Source: a virus (lineage: Duplodnaviria > Heunggongvirae > Uroviricota > Caudoviricetes). Taken from it: a stretch of 64,000 nucleotides of DNA. Under the pieces are notes generated by a model. The model made no database searches. It saw only the letters and a list, made by a program, of their open reading frames with translations, and had not been told where the DNA came from. Location of the stretch: the IMG/VR virus record IMGVR_UViG_2541047879_000001, one strand, 5' to 3'. The position numbers and the translations under genes are program-made. This document shows, in pieces, positions 29,800 through 40,965 of the stretch (position 1 is its first letter; every line of letters starts with the position of its first letter).

Positions 29800-31890
29800 T
29801 CAGGCCAGCGGATCACTTTCTTTTAATTTCGCTTCGAGCAACTGCAATCCCCGCTGGAAATTACGCTCGTATTCTTCATCAGGTTCATCGTCAGCGACCG
29901 GTTGCTGAACGGTCACCGTATTACCCACAGGGCGGTATATGTTTTCCAGCCAGGGCTCCTGCGGCTTGTGCTCCAGCACGTTGACAACCTCATCCTCGGC
30001 ATCACGGATTTTTTCCTCTGCGCGTTTACGCATGCCTTTAAGGCGCTGCTGCTGTTTGTAGTATTCCGCGCTGACAGGGAAGGCTTCGCGTTTATTGCCG
30101 TCCCATACCGCCTCGCAAATCACGCTGCCATCCGGGCGGCGCACGGTAATTCGTTCGGCATCATGAATGTCATAGCTGATAAGTACCTTACGGCCATGCT
30201 CGTCACGCAGCTCGGGCGCGTAGTAAATATTATTCAGCCAGCGTATTTCACAGCGTCTTACAGGGCGCTCCACCATCGGCCGGAACATATCCCGCAGTTC
30301 AACATCGGACAGCCATTCAATTTCCGTGTCCTCTTCCGCCAGGCGTTTTTTTCTGAACTCCGCCGGGCTGTAATGTTTACCGTTCGGCTTCATGGGTAAT
30401 TCATCGTGCGGCCGGTTGTTGTACCACTCAACACCGTCACGAATGGCATCAATCAGTTCAGACCAGGACGGTAAATCACGCATCGCTGACTGCTGCCGGG
30501 CGTTCAGCCGTTTGCCCTGTTGCAGGGCACTGAATGCCGAGCGTAAATCGCGGTTGGTTTTACGTAACGTCTCGCGATCTGCTCCTTTCCCGAAATAGGT
30601 GCGGTATTTACGGGCTATGCGCATCGGTAATGTGCGGTTAAGCCGTTCGATAATGCCCCGTCCCTGCGGATTACCGGCAATCCCTGTCGGGTGATTAATC
30701 CCCAGTCGTGGCAGTATCCCCACAATCTCCTTATCCAGGACGTCGGCGGTTTCCCCGGAGCCATTATCCGAGTAATACAGAAACGGTTTGCCATGATGGC
30801 GAATACCGTGCTGTATGGCACCGGCTACGGCGAAAACATTTTCAGCCAGGTCAAGGCTCCAGCCCACCACAAAGCGCGTGCCACCGTCGATAACAAAGGT
30901 CACTTCCGGTGCGAATGGCCGCCCGTGAACCGGGTGCGCGCATTTCAGCTTCATGCCGTGACCGTCACCAATCCAGACATAATTCACCGGCATTCTGGAC
31001 CAGTCGCGGCGCGTGAATCCCTCAAGCTGACGGTATTCACTGCCAGTTACCCGGCCTTTTTGTTTCACCACTTCCGGCAGTTTCTTCATTGCGCGGCGAA
31101 TGGTGTCATAAGAGGGCATGATATCGAGCATATAAGGCTCATCAGCGTGCCGGTGCTGCCATTCAGCAACAAAATCCTCGTAAGCCTCGGTCATTGGTCG
31201 GCCGTTTGACTGGCGATACTGCGCCAGAAATTCGGGCAGCCAGTTAATATCTTCGGCTTTTATTTCCTGGCGTTTACCCGGTGCCAGTAAAAGCAGGCGT
31301 TCAGCGGCGTTCTGTGCCTTGTTAAAGGCCGCAATCCAGCGTTTCAGCGTGATTTCACTCAACGCGCGGCTGTTTCCCTTTTTGGCGTTCGCCGTCTCAA
31401 CCATTGCCACAATGCGCTCGTCCAGTTGTGATCGTGCCAGGCTGTTAACGAGGAACCGGATAGCCTTAGCGCAACTAAAGCCGGGTTGTTGCGCGATTTT
31501 CAGCACCTCGCTGACGATCGCTATTCGTGCCTCTGCCACTTTACGTTGGTTTTCAGTCAGGGCATTGAGGCGTTCGACCATCAGTTGGGGTGATCCGCGA
31601 TATGCCTCCACCGCATCAACCACGGCAGGTGAGCGTCTGGCCTTTGTCACCACCGGAGCCGGTGATTCATCGGCTTTTTGCGTCATCAGTTGCAGGGCGT
31701 AGCGTTCACGTAATGCCTGCTGCGTCACTTCAGGTAAACAGTCGATGCTGTATTCAGTTGCTTTAGAGCCTGAGCGACGACGGGAACAACAGCTTTTCCC
31801 TTGTACGTAACGTTGTAATGCCTGGCGAATACCTTTTGTTGTAGCAGGCATTCCGGGCGCGCCAATCAGTTCTTTTGCAATGACATACAT
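29800..31890 (-). CDS. A: DDE transposase A (MuA-like)
   Basis: 696-aa protein with clear similarity to MuA, downstream of ner. Confidence 0.9.
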   Translation of the reverse strand: MYVIAKELIGAPGMPATTKGIRQALQRYVQGKSCCSRRRSGSKATEYSIDCLPEVTQQALRERYALQLMTQKADESPAPVVTKARRSPAVVDAVEAYRGSPQLMVERLNALTENQRKVAEARIAIVSEVLKIAQQPGFSCAKAIRFLVNSLARSQLDERIVAMVETANAKKGNSRALSEITLKRWIAAFNKAQNAAERLLLLAPGKRQEIKAEDINWLPEFLAQYRQSNGRPMTEAYEDFVAEWQHRHADEPYMLDIMPSYDTIRRAMKKLPEVVKQKGRVTGSEYRQLEGFTRRDWSRMPVNYVWIGDGHGMKLKCAHPVHGRPFAPEVTFVIDGGTRFVVGWSLDLAENVFAVAGAIQHGIRHHGKPFLYYSDNGSGETADVLDKEIVGILPRLGINHPTGIAGNPQGRGIIERLNRTLPMRIARKYRTYFGKGADRETLRKTNRDLRSAFSALQQGKRLNARQQSAMRDLPSWSELIDAIRDGVEWYNNRPHDELPMKPNGKHYSPAEFRKKRLAEEDTEIEWLSDVELRDMFRPMVERPVRRCEIRWLNNIYYAPELRDEHGRKVLISYDIHDAERITVRRPDGSVICEAVWDGNKREAFPVSAEYYKQQQRLKGMRKRAEEKIRDAEDEVVNVLEHKPQEPWLENIYRPVGNTVTVQQPVADDEPDEEYERNFQRGLQLLEAKLKESDPLA

Positions 31891-31891
31891 A

Positions 31892-32140
31892 TCATGACGC
31901 CTTTCTCATATAGCTCTTAACCTGGTATCGACTGGGCCAGATTTCTTCAGGTGATACCCCAAGAGCATCAGCAATTATTTGCTGATACGGTCGGCAAGGA
32001 GTACGTAATACGCTTTTCAGCGAATCCCTGCTGTAACCAGCCTTTAAAGATAAAGAGCGCAGTGATAAGCCAGCCATGTGTAAGCGCGCCTTGATGATTT
32101 CAGGCGGCCAATCGTGATCTGAAACTTCTCTTCTACTCAT
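31892..32140 (-). CDS. ner: Ner-like DNA-binding regulator (Ner/Nlp family)
   Basis: 82-aa HTH protein (LSLRSLSLKAGYSRDSLKSVL) first in the early operon. Confidence 0.8.
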   Translation of the reverse strand: MSRREVSDHDWPPEIIKARLHMAGLSLRSLSLKAGYSRDSLKSVLRTPCRPYQQIIADALGVSPEEIWPSRYQVKSYMRKAS

Positions 32141-32331
32141 ACTTCCTCTATTCTAAAAAGTTACCCGCGCGGATATTCGTGCGGATATCTGTACGGGTAA
32201 ATAATGCATCACCAAAAATACCAAATCAAGGTATTTTTGGTATTTTTGGCTAATTTTTGCTTTTATCCTTATTTTTCAATTGGATAAATAGAAAGAAACC
32301 TTTCCTTAGAAAAGCACCAAGAGGTATCTTT
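32141..32331. promoter_or_regulatory. Divergent early/repressor promoter-operator region
   Basis: Intergenic between divergent ner and repressor genes; inverted repeat ccaaaaatacc / ggtatttttgg and tandem ggtatttttgg copies around 32212-32250. Confidence 0.5.
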
Positions 32332-32862
32332 ATGTCGCAGGGAAAAGAACCTGTTATTGAACGTATTGGAATGCTTACAAAGCGCTACCCTTCAAGAAGT
32401 GCAGCTGCCAGAGCGTGGGGAATCAATATCAACACATTAAACAGCTATTTCAAGGGAGGACAAACACAACCAGCCCCCAGAGAAAGTATCCTTATACGAA
32501 TTTCTGAAAGTGAAGGCGTTAGTCTTGAGTGGCTTAAAGAGGGCAAGGGTGAATTACCAAACGATATTGGTATTTATGGTAATTTTGGTTGTTCTGGTGA
32601 TAAGGGAGATCAGCTTACACAGATGCTTTCATTCCTTACGAAAGACGAACGAGAACAGTTAACCAATCTCCTTGCTCGCAAAGGTGTAGAGACGGTTCTG
32701 ACACTGCTGAATAAAGAAAACCAGGATTTATTACAACTAGAAGGCAGGAAGCGCCTGGCTGCGTTGATGATTGTAGATATGCCAGACGATTGCGTCAGAG
32801 AGATTTTGGAAAAAACCGAGACAAGTAGGCAATCAAATCCGGTAGAATCTAAAGCGGGTTAG
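32332..32862 (+). CDS. Putative prophage repressor (Mu c-type position)
   Basis: HTH SRSAAARAWGININTLNSYF; divergent from ner-A-B at the prophage end; start at internal ATG with RBS aagagg. Confidence 0.6.
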   Translation: MSQGKEPVIERIGMLTKRYPSRSAAARAWGININTLNSYFKGGQTQPAPRESILIRISESEGVSLEWLKEGKGELPNDIGIYGNFGCSGDKGDQLTQMLSFLTKDEREQLTNLLARKGVETVLTLLNKENQDLLQLEGRKRLAALMIVDMPDDCVREILEKTETSRQSNPVESKAG

Positions 32863-32869
32863 TTTGGCG

Positions 32870-33112
32870 AGGCTGGCCCGTATGTTAGTTGCCATATAGA
32901 TTTAATGAAGTTTTAAACGCTTTAAAAAGTTGAGATCGCAGTATCAAAAGTTTTGCCGATTTTAGAATAAACGATTAATTATTGCACAATCGATATCAAA
33001 TAGACTTTAAGCGCTCATCCAGACATCACCTGTTTTATTTCAGTATCTTACAGGTGATTTCACCTCCTTTCACTAAAACCCTCGTTGGTATCAAATGATT
33101 CACCTGGTTACA
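32870..33112. repeat. Mu-like left-end terminal region with putative transposase-binding repeats
   Basis: Repeated CACCTG/TCACCT motifs (33026, 33052, 33099) and terminus ...ggttaca at 33106-33112. Confidence 0.5.
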
Positions 33113-33620
33113 CGGTAGCGCCCGTGTACTGGTTGCTACTGATGTTGCTGCGCGTGGTCTGGATATTAAATCGCTTGAGCTGGTGGTGAACTTTGAGCTG
33201 GCGTGGGACCCTGAAGTTCATGTACATCGCATCGGTCGTACAGCTCGTGCAGGAAATAGCGGTCTGGCGATCAGTTTCTGTGCTCCGGAAGAAGCACAGC
33301 GGGCCAATATCATTTCTGACATGTTGCAGATAAAACTTAACTGGCAAACGCCGCCAGCTAATAGTTCCATTGTGCCGCTGGAAGCAGAAATGGCAACGTT
33401 GTGTATCGATGGCGGGAAAAAAGCCAAAATGCGCCCGGGTGATGTATTAGGTGCACTGACAGGAGATATCGGGCTTGATGGCGCAGATATTGGCAAAATC
33501 GCCGTGCATCCGGCGCATGTCTATGTCGCGGTCCGTCAGGCTGTTGCTCATAAAGCATGGAAACAGTTACAGGGCGGGAAGATTAAAGGAAAAACGTGCC
33601 GGGTGCGGTTATTAAAATAA
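33113..33620 (+). pseudogene. dbpA: 3' fragment of ATP-dependent RNA helicase gene dbpA, disrupted by the Mu-like insertion
   Basis: In-frame translation (G)[18 protein letters not shown]...[10 protein letters not shown]... through the C-terminal RNA-binding domain to stop at 33618-33620; no start codon or N-terminal helicase motifs. Confidence 0.8.
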
Positions 33621-33659
33621 TGAAATGTTGAATTGCCGGGTGCAAGAGTAAACATCTTA

Positions 33660-33742
33660 TTCGGGATTGCCGGATGCGACGCTGGCCGCGTCTTATCCGG
33701 CCTCCATAAGAGTAGCCCGATACGCTTGCGCATCGGGCGCTA
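33660..33742. repeat. REP (repetitive extragenic palindromic) elements
   Basis: gccggatgcgacgctggccgcgtcttatccggcctcc and gcccgatacgcttgcgcatcgggcgc palindromes between convergent dbpA and ttcA. Confidence 0.6.
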
Positions 33743-33748
33743 TCCTGG

Positions 33749-34684
33749 TTATTTCACTTCAACCACATTCAGTCGTAACTCATCCAACTGATTTTCATCT
33801 TCTTCTGGCTGCCAGCCCGCCGGTTGTAGTGGGATCTCTTCGCGATCAAACGCCAGATCACCCCCGTTAACCACTTCAGAACCGTGGGTAATGCCTTTAA
33901 AATCGAACAGGTTGGTATCGCACAGATGCGACGGCACCACATTCTGCATCGCGCTGAACATCGTCTCGATACGCCCTGGATAACGTTTATCCCAGTCACG
34001 CAACATGTCAGCAATCACCTGACGTTGCAGGTTAGGCTGTGAACCGCACAGGTTGCACGGAATAATCGGGAACGCTTTTGCATCGGCAAATCGCTGAATA
34101 TCTTTCTCGCGGCAGTAGGCCAGCGGACGAATAACGATATGTTTGCCATCATCGCTCATCAGTTTCGGAGGCATACCTTTCATCTTGCCGCCGTAGAACA
34201 TATTTAAGAACAACGTTTGCAGGATATCGTCACGATGGTGACCCAACGCGATCTTCGTCGCCCCCAGTTCCGTTGCGGTACGATAAAGGATACCGCGACG
34301 AAGGCGAGAACACAGTGAGCAAGTGGTTTTGCCCTCTGGAATCTTCTCTTTCACGATACCGTAAGTATTCTCTTCAACAATCTTGTACTCAACGCCCAGC
34401 TTTTCAAGATACTCGGGCAGAACGTGTTCCGGGAAGCCCGGTTGCTTTTGATCGAGGTTAACAGCCACCAGCGAAAAATTGATTGGCGCGCTTTGCTGCA
34501 AATTGCGCAGAATCTCCAGCATGGTATAGCTGTCTTTACCCCCGGAGAGGCAAACCATGATGCGATCGCCTTCTTCAATCATATTGAAGTCAGCAATGGC
34601 TTCGCCCACGTTACGACGCAGACGTTTTTGTAATTTGTTCAGGTTGTATTGTTCTTTCTTTGTAATTTGTTGATTTTCTTGCAT
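33749..34684 (-). CDS. ttcA: tRNA 2-thiocytidine biosynthesis protein TtcA
   Basis: 311-aa protein with PP-loop SGGKDS and Cys clusters. Confidence 0.9.
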   Translation of the reverse strand: MQENQQITKKEQYNLNKLQKRLRRNVGEAIADFNMIEEGDRIMVCLSGGKDSYTMLEILRNLQQSAPINFSLVAVNLDQKQPGFPEHVLPEYLEKLGVEYKIVEENTYGIVKEKIPEGKTTCSLCSRLRRGILYRTATELGATKIALGHHRDDILQTLFLNMFYGGKMKGMPPKLMSDDGKHIVIRPLAYCREKDIQRFADAKAFPIIPCNLCGSQPNLQRQVIADMLRDWDKRYPGRIETMFSAMQNVVPSHLCDTNLFDFKGITHGSEVVNGGDLAFDREEIPLQPAGWQPEEDENQLDELRLNVVEVK

Positions 34685-34735
34685 TATTTCAGTTCTCTGG
34701 TACTAAATGGGGCAAATTGGGGGCAAACTTTGCAA

Positions 34736-35971
34736 CTACGATAACCGCGCATTCAACATGGCTATCTGTTCGTCGTTCATGTCATCAATCCACATACCGT
34801 AAATTTCATACACCATCTGCGCAGTTTCATGCCCCATTTGGCTGGCTATAAATGCCGGGTTCGCTCCTGCCGTCAACAGCCAGCAGGCAAAAGTATGCCG
34901 CGTATGGTACGGATTACGGCGGCGAATACCAGCACGTTTTACTGCTGCATTCCACCTTGCCCCCAAACTGCTTACCGAGTAATAAGGTTTTTGTTTTCCG
35001 TTACACACCCTGGGCATGAAAACAAAATGCAGTTTTTGCTTTTCGGTTCTGCCGTACTCCCGATGATAAAAGGTGATTTCGCTTTTGCGATGATGCCCGG
35101 TCAGTTTGTATTGCTCCTTCAGTGCTTCAAGAGCAGGCTGCAGTAGTGTTACTGTTCGGATCCCGGCATTTGTTTTTGGGGGACCGAACATATCAAGTAT
35201 CGTCAGGTTTCTTCTGACATTCACTATTCCCTTTTCGAGATCCACATCCTCCCACGCCAGAGCTGCCAGTTCCCCGTGACGAAGTCCTGAGTAAACGGCA
35301 AATTTCCACAAGTTCTGGCTCTGTCCTTTTTCACTTTCCATTAATGCATTGAATTCTGTTTTAGATAACGGATCAGGCTTTATTCTGTTTCGCTGTAATT
35401 TTTTTACTCCTTCAAATGGTTTGGTTGATATAAATCCCGACTGATACGCAAAACGCAACAGCGAACAGAGCAGGGCGATATAGTTATCAACTGTGCGCAC
35501 GGTTCTTCCTTTTTTGTTGGATCTTGGATTATCCAGGTAAAGCGTTTCTCCATGCAGCAGTTCATTCCGGTAGTTTAAGATATCGCTATAACGAATATGT
35601 GATATCGGGGTACTTTCACAAATTATTATTCTGAGTGTTTTTAATTGTGATTTCGTTTTCTTCATTGTGTTTGTTGTTAACTCTGTCTCTTTAATTTTTG
35701 TCCAGATATCACAAAGCTCTCCGAACGTTTTTATGACTCTCGTTGTCACCATTTTTGCCCCAGTGCTGGACTGGGGAAAACGTCTTAAATACTCAAATTC
35801 ACCGGAGTTTATTTCATGAACTATCAGCGCTCTTAAATTTCCGGCCTTTTTAATATTACTGTTTGTAATCTCCCAGCCTTTTAATGTTTCCCGACATCGT
35901 TTTCCTCGAAACATGAACCAGATGCGAATGTATCTACCTCTAATCTCGACACCTGTTGGTAATTTAGACAT
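34736..35971 (-). CDS. intR: Tyrosine integrase (IntR-like)
   Basis: 411-aa protein with R...HxxR...Y catalytic region (HTRHTFACWLL...YGMW), adjacent to ttcA. Confidence 0.9.
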   Translation of the reverse strand: MSKLPTGVEIRGRYIRIWFMFRGKRCRETLKGWEITNSNIKKAGNLRALIVHEINSGEFEYLRRFPQSSTGAKMVTTRVIKTFGELCDIWTKIKETELTTNTMKKTKSQLKTLRIIICESTPISHIRYSDILNYRNELLHGETLYLDNPRSNKKGRTVRTVDNYIALLCSLLRFAYQSGFISTKPFEGVKKLQRNRIKPDPLSKTEFNALMESEKGQSQNLWKFAVYSGLRHGELAALAWEDVDLEKGIVNVRRNLTILDMFGPPKTNAGIRTVTLLQPALEALKEQYKLTGHHRKSEITFYHREYGRTEKQKLHFVFMPRVCNGKQKPYYSVSSLGARWNAAVKRAGIRRRNPYHTRHTFACWLLTAGANPAFIASQMGHETAQMVYEIYGMWIDDMNDEQIAMLNARLS

Positions 35972-35972
35972 A

Positions 35973-36212
35973 TCATGAGTCTTTGATAAACTGATTTATC
36001 TTTGGATAGTTGTACCAGATAATCCCTCGTTTGCTGTCTGGCTTACCTAAAGGAGATACTCGTTTGAAGTGGAAGCCCTCCACCCAACAGTTCTGGCGGT
36101 ATGCTTCAATTTGTCTGGCCCCCAGACCAGTGCGAAGCATCAGGCCGTATTCAACCATCCACTCTTCATTAAAGATTACTTGTGCCATCGCATCACCTCT
36201 GGCAGGCGCCAA
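35973..36212 (-). CDS. Excisionase-like protein
   Basis: 79-aa basic ORF directly upstream of integrase. Confidence 0.55.
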   Translation of the reverse strand: MAPARGDAMAQVIFNEEWMVEYGLMLRTGLGARQIEAYRQNCWVEGFHFKRVSPLGKPDSKRGIIWYNYPKINQFIKDS

Positions 36213-36266
36213 TGTTAGACTGAAATTGACGCCCGATGTTGATTATTAATAATCAGCTATGAAGTT

Positions 36267-36488
36267 TTAATTTGAATACAATGCAATTCTCGAGGACTGA
36301 AGTTTCTCGCAATTAAAATTTATCAGTTTTACTTTCTGCTCTCTGGAAACGCCTGCTTCTTTTTTACCTGAGAGCATTTTTTCGTATTCTGATTTCGTTA
36401 GTTTAGATTTTGAATATCTTGTCCAGTTAGTAGGAGTGCCACCTTCCTTTTCAATAGTGGCGGTAATTTTATACATGAACACCTCCAT
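36267..36488 (-). CDS. ydaC: YdaC/RcbA-like small protein
   Basis: Small ORF in Rac order between xis and ralR; start chosen at internal Met. Confidence 0.45.
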   Translation of the reverse strand: MEVFMYKITATIEKEGGTPTNWTRYSKSKLTKSEYEKMLSGKKEAGVSREQKVKLINFNCEKLQSSRIALYSN

Positions 36489-36702
36489 TATTATTTCCAG
36501 TGGTTCGTTTATTCCATCTTTCGAGTGCTTCTTTTTCACTTCCACCATAACCGGTTCGGGATTCGCATCCGTTACACTTCGCTCGGTAATATCCTGAAAT
36601 GGCTTTCACCGTTACTGATGGACAACCACAAAATGGACATGGTTTAACATTGTCATATCTCATAATTTTTCTCATAAAAAATATTTCAAGTTGGCGGTGC
36701 AT
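36469..36702 (-). CDS. ralR: Restriction alleviation protein Lar/RalR
   Basis: 77-aa protein with CPFCG...CNGC zinc ribbon, immediately upstream of recT. Confidence 0.7.
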   Translation of the reverse strand: MHRQLEIFFMRKIMRYDNVKPCPFCGCPSVTVKAISGYYRAKCNGCESRTGYGGSEKEALERWNKRTTGNNNGGVHV

Positions 36703-36719
36703 TACACCGCCAGGCTGAA

Positions 36720-37529
36720 TTATTCCTCTGAATTATCGATTACACTGTATTCCCCGGTTAATACAGAGGAATCTGCAGGATCGATTGTCAGTGGTTCCTT
36801 TTCATCCATTGATACTGCACGCTGGATCTCAATTGATACGGGCAGATATTTGAACAGGCGACGAATAGCCGTTTTCTTTGCCATTTCTTCCCAGTGAGTT
36901 ACCCACGGCCCGTTATTACCAGCTTTACTCAGGCTGCGCACCAGCTCAATCTGTTTGCGCGTCATAACTTCAAACTGAGTACCTCCGTCTTTCAGTCTTG
37001 CGACAGCATAGACGTGGGTAACCGGGGCATCTTCGTTTTCTCCCGGGCGGTGTATTAACTTTTCATCAAGGCCAAATTCGAAGCTAAACTCGTCACCTTC
37101 ACGGACAACACGGGCTGACAGGCTGGCGATTTGACCAGAACGGCGAGCCAGATCAATCATGCCGCGATAGCCAATGATTAGCTGAACGTTCTTTTTACCG
37201 CTCTTTTCGTTTTTATTACCAAAAGGCAGTAAATATGCATGACCGAGGGCGCTACCTGGCTCAAGTCCGAGCTGTGAACACTGTACGATCGCACTGACAA
37301 AACTCATAGTGTCACAGTTTCCTAACGCCGGAACTTTACGAATTTCTGTGGTGGCGATACGGATCATACGTTCAGCCGTCATATGGCGTGGAAGAGCTGC
37401 TGCCAGTTGCTCTTTCATTGATGGCTGGTTAATAAAACTAATCACGTCGCTATTTTTAACTGCTGCTGGTGCACGGTTTCCCTGAGTTTTTTGCAGATCG
37501 GCTTTTGCGATTGGTGGTTGCTTAGTCAT
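36720..37529 (-). CDS. recT: Recombinase RecT (single-strand annealing protein)
   Basis: 269-aa product from internal start MTKQPPIAK... matching Rac RecT. Confidence 0.9.
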   Translation of the reverse strand: MTKQPPIAKADLQKTQGNRAPAAVKNSDVISFINQPSMKEQLAAALPRHMTAERMIRIATTEIRKVPALGNCDTMSFVSAIVQCSQLGLEPGSALGHAYLLPFGNKNEKSGKKNVQLIIGYRGMIDLARRSGQIASLSARVVREGDEFSFEFGLDEKLIHRPGENEDAPVTHVYAVARLKDGGTQFEVMTRKQIELVRSLSKAGNNGPWVTHWEEMAKKTAIRRLFKYLPVSIEIQRAVSMDEKEPLTIDPADSSVLTGEYSVIDNSEE

Positions 37530-40122
37530 TTGCATATTCCTTAGCCCAGCGGGGCAGTGATAATGTCTTAATAGCTGGCCATTCATCGGTATTCAGGCAG
37601 TCAGACAGGGTTCGCAGATTGCGGTGATATTCCTGTTGACCTGCCAGTTTTGCTTCTTCGCCCATCATGAAAATTTCAACCGGATAACGTCCGCATTCAA
37701 TAGTTGTGCTGGCAACCAGAAAAACGAAAGTTGGCTGCACTCCAAACTGTGCTTCATAACCGTCACTGTAGAATGCATCCTGAACGTGATAGCGGTAGTC
37801 GTAATAAGCGGTTTTGAATCGTTGAATATCCGCCGTAGTTTTCACGTCCATGATCCAGTGAAATTCAGGGATAATTTTGTCCGGACGGCACCGACACAAA
37901 ATTCCTGTTTCAGGATCTTCCCAGTAAATTGATGATTCAGCGTGTCCGGCGCTTTCAACAAGCCATTGCCCCAGCGGCAAAGCCATAACGCTTTGATACA
38001 TGAGTTCAATTTTCCGGCCTTCTTCCGCAGTGATAACCGTTTTTCCTGTGCTTGCGCATTCCATCAGAAACGCTTTCTCTTCTTCTTTTCCGGCGTTTGT
38101 ACGGCGGTTAAATTCAGGTGCTACGATAAAGCGGTTACTGAATTCTTCCGGTTCAAGTACCCGGCAGTGGAAAGCAGTTCCTAAATCGAGCGTTTTTGTC
38201 TTTGTGGTGTCCACGGGGGCATTTTTACGCCACAAATATAGTGCCGGAGTATCAGCAATGTCATCGAGCTGAGACTTACTGATACCGGGACCCGCGTGGT
38301 AATTCTCATTCGAAATTCCGTAATAAATACCTGGCTCTATGTCTTCTACGATTACGGGATCTGCGACTTCGCCAGTTTCATCACTGCAATCGCGATGCGG
38401 ATCGCTGCCAGCATTCTCATTGTGCGGATGTTCAGCGCCTTCCATTTCCTCCGGATCATTTTCCTTAGCTTCAACCTGACTCTCTTCAGCGAATGTTTCC
38501 TGGTATGTTGCGTCGCCCATCACCGCACCACAGTCAGGGCAGTTATCCCCGCCAGTCTGGCCGCAGGCATTGCAGGCTATTTCCGGTTCCTGTTGCACTA
38601 CTGGCTCAGGTTGATTCATATCTGGGCTGGTTTTTTCCGTTTCTGGCTGGTTCTGGTACACACAATCGCGAGTCTGGATCCCCTTTACCCATTTCGGATC
38701 GTTCGGGTCGCTAATTCCGTCAACAAATTCACCACGTGATGCAGCAAGCAATTTATCGGCATCGACAGGATTTTTTGATGGAATGTTTTTCCGGGCTTCA
38801 TGGAGTTCTGCCCGCAGTTCCTGATATTTCGCATCAACAGAATTTACCTGTGACTGAGCATCCAGCGGCTGCGTGTCCTGATGATGTTCAGTTGCGTCCG
38901 GTTCCATTGTTTCAGCCTCTCCCTGTTCAACTGCCGTTGTTCCAGATGGTTGCGGTTTTTCTTCATCATCCTGTTTTCCTTCTTCTGTTACTCGCTGCGG
39001 CATCGGGGCAGAGGAGCGACCGCAGGCAATATCCACGATTTCCGGATCAGGGTTGGCATGATCGGTTTCAGTCAGTACTTTGTTCAGATATTCAGTGACG
39101 TGCGCGGGGATGACCTCGATCCCAATTGGTGCTTCTTTTACGGACGCAACCACGATGGCGCGGGAATAATCCAGCCCGCCAGGCATGGTGATGAATTTGT
39201 CGCGGAAAACAGAAAAGGGCGGTTTATTTTCAGCGATAATTTCCTCAATGCGTTTAGCGTGTGCCGGATGAAGGTTATAGATGTCCAGATCCATTGAACG
39301 GGCCAGTACGCCAGTGGCTACGTCGCGCGCCAGTGACGTCAGATCGTGTACGAAACTTTCGCCGCGATCGGTGAGGTTTCCGCCGCCAGCATTAGCACCG
39401 GAAGCCGTGCGAGTGATGTGTGAAACACGATTACCCTTCATCCACTCTTTTGTCAGCAGTCCTCGATCGGTGTAGTCAGCGTTCAGGTATGCTTCGAAAA
39501 AAGCAGTTATCAGTCCCAGGTTTGAATTACCAGGATTAGGGAAAACTTTGTCAGTGTCACGAACCAGTTTGTGGAGTTCGCGAATTTCCAGCGGGTCGAG
39601 CAGGCTGGTTTTGTGGGAAACAGCCAGGGCAGTAACAGCCGGTAGTTCTTCAGCCCGAGCAATGTGTAATGCCTGGAGTCCGTCGCGTGAAACGTGCGTT
39701 ACCGGTTTTTCGCTGCCGTGTTGAGCAAGCCAACGAATGGGCAGTTCCTGGCCAGAAATTGGGAGTAGCATATTCTCCTCAATCTCAGTCATGTCTTCGC
39801 CGTTGACGTTGGTATTGCCTTGATAGTGAGCGTTGTCTGGTGCTGCTCCCGGTTTTAGTTCCCATGTCATGGAGTCTTTGCTGAGTTGATAGCGTTCACT
39901 CCAGGTAAAATCGATCTCACCTTCAGCGGGCAGGTCATTAACGACAGGAAAATTCGTGGCAACAGCTTTAAAATAGCTGCTCAGTTTTTTACCTGACTTA
40001 ACGATCAGGTAGTCCAGAGTGGCACAGGTCGATTCAAAATCGTTGCTTGCCCACAGGACGACGTCAGGTTCACCGGATGATTTTTTCGCTTTCCGTAACA
40101 GGAAGAGTGGTTTTGTGCTCAT
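37522..40122 (-). CDS. recE: Exonuclease VIII RecE
   Basis: 866-aa ORF overlapping recT start. Confidence 0.9.
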   Translation of the reverse strand: MSTKPLFLLRKAKKSSGEPDVVLWASNDFESTCATLDYLIVKSGKKLSSYFKAVATNFPVVNDLPAEGEIDFTWSERYQLSKDSMTWELKPGAAPDNAHYQGNTNVNGEDMTEIEENMLLPISGQELPIRWLAQHGSEKPVTHVSRDGLQALHIARAEELPAVTALAVSHKTSLLDPLEIRELHKLVRDTDKVFPNPGNSNLGLITAFFEAYLNADYTDRGLLTKEWMKGNRVSHITRTASGANAGGGNLTDRGESFVHDLTSLARDVATGVLARSMDLDIYNLHPAHAKRIEEIIAENKPPFSVFRDKFITMPGGLDYSRAIVVASVKEAPIGIEVIPAHVTEYLNKVLTETDHANPDPEIVDIACGRSSAPMPQRVTEEGKQDDEEKPQPSGTTAVEQGEAETMEPDATEHHQDTQPLDAQSQVNSVDAKYQELRAELHEARKNIPSKNPVDADKLLAASRGEFVDGISDPNDPKWVKGIQTRDCVYQNQPETEKTSPDMNQPEPVVQQEPEIACNACGQTGGDNCPDCGAVMGDATYQETFAEESQVEAKENDPEEMEGAEHPHNENAGSDPHRDCSDETGEVADPVIVEDIEPGIYYGISNENYHAGPGISKSQLDDIADTPALYLWRKNAPVDTTKTKTLDLGTAFHCRVLEPEEFSNRFIVAPEFNRRTNAGKEEEKAFLMECASTGKTVITAEEGRKIELMYQSVMALPLGQWLVESAGHAESSIYWEDPETGILCRCRPDKIIPEFHWIMDVKTTADIQRFKTAYYDYRYHVQDAFYSDGYEAQFGVQPTFVFLVASTTIECGRYPVEIFMMGEEAKLAGQQEYHRNLRTLSDCLNTDEWPAIKTLSLPRWAKEYAND

Positions 40123-40223
40123 TGTTTTTTAACCTCAACTCAGATTAAAATTCGTTTTGTTCAGTGAATGATCTTGCCGGATACACACTGTTCATAGCCT
40201 GCGCCATACGCAGGCTATTTCTT

Positions 40224-40499
40224 TCAGATTTCACCTTTTAATTTCATTGCAATTAGAGTTGCCAGAAATTCGGCTTTTTTTTCTGCGGGCAGATTCTTTC
40301 CGATATGCACCAGGCACATTTTTTTGACACCTTCATCAAGTGTTTTTACGTTGCCTGATGGACCATCGATATCAACCACAGTGAATGGGGTTTCTTTATT
40401 TTCTGTTTTAATTACGTAGCCAATGCGCTTTCCTTCCAGATTCACCTCGTGAACAATGTCATCGGTAGTTACAACAGTGGCTTCATAATTGGTAATCAT
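40224..40499 (-). CDS. racC: RacC-like protein
   Basis: 91-aa product from internal start MITNYEATVV..., upstream of recE. Confidence 0.6.
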   Translation of the reverse strand: MITNYEATVVTTDDIVHEVNLEGKRIGYVIKTENKETPFTVVDIDGPSGNVKTLDEGVKKMCLVHIGKNLPAEKKAEFLATLIAMKLKGEI

Positions 40500-40573
40500 G
40501 TTTTTCTCCTTAATTAAGGTTGAGCGAATACCTGCCATTTCTGGCATAAATTCAGTTTCGAATAGTCAATTAA

Positions 40574-40744
40574 TTAAAGTTCATGTGCCATCTGGTCTTT
40601 TTCGGCACAAGCTTCACTGCAATATTTTCTCGGTTCGTCTTTTGATAAAATCCCGTGCATGAAGTGAAGCATTCTTTCAATAGCTTTGCTTTCTTCAACG
40701 TCTTTTTTGCAAAGGTGGTAAGCACATTTTATTTTCTTAGTCAT
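40574..40744 (-). CDS. ydaE: YdaE-like small zinc-binding protein
   Basis: 56-aa [17 protein letters not shown]...CSEAC, ATGA overlap with kilR; below track cutoff, found by reading. Confidence 0.6.
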   Translation of the reverse strand: MTKKIKCAYHLCKKDVEESKAIERMLHFMHGILSKDEPRKYCSEACAEKDQMAHEL

Positions 40745-40965
40745 CACCATGACTCCGCCTTTACAGGTAAACCATCACGACCGAGGAAGACTTTAATCAT
40801 GCGGTCAGTAATGCATGTTTTTGTGGTCAGGTTACGAATATATAGTTTTCGCTTTTTAATATTGTTTGCCGAGGCAATATATGTCCGGCCTTCATGAAGA
40901 ACATAATCGCCAGGAGTCACACACTGACGTGGTATTTCATCAGTTCCGAAGTGATGTGCAATCAT
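40744..40965 (-). CDS. kilR: Killing protein KilR (FtsZ inhibitor)
   Basis: 73-aa product from [10 protein letters not shown]..., Rac order. Confidence 0.65.
   Translation of the reverse strand: MIAHHFGTDEIPRQCVTPGDYVLHEGRTYIASANNIKKRKLYIRNLTTKTCITDRMIKVFLGRDGLPVKAESW

Larger units (their letters stand above)
1..33112 (-). mobile_element. Mu-like transposable prophage (partial; late/right end continues beyond window start), inverted relative to window
   Basis: Mu-type synteny on minus strand: repressor / ner-A-B / gam / gemA-mor / lysis / terminase-portal-F-G-I-T / sheath-tube / tape measure-N-P / baseplate / tail fibre. Terminus ...GGTTACA at 33106-33112 abuts dbpA coding sequence. Confidence 0.85.

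Noticed and set aside
33183-33620. Track ORF MVNFELAW... as an independent 145-aa gene
   Set aside because: It is the in-frame C-terminal part of dbpA; upstream in-frame sequence continues the helicase motif V ([13 protein letters not shown]) up to the prophage junction, and there is no RBS.
37624-39475. Cluster of plus-strand ORFs inside recE
   Set aside because: recE is a continuous 866-aa minus-strand ORF matching the known protein; the antisense ORFs have low-complexity translations.
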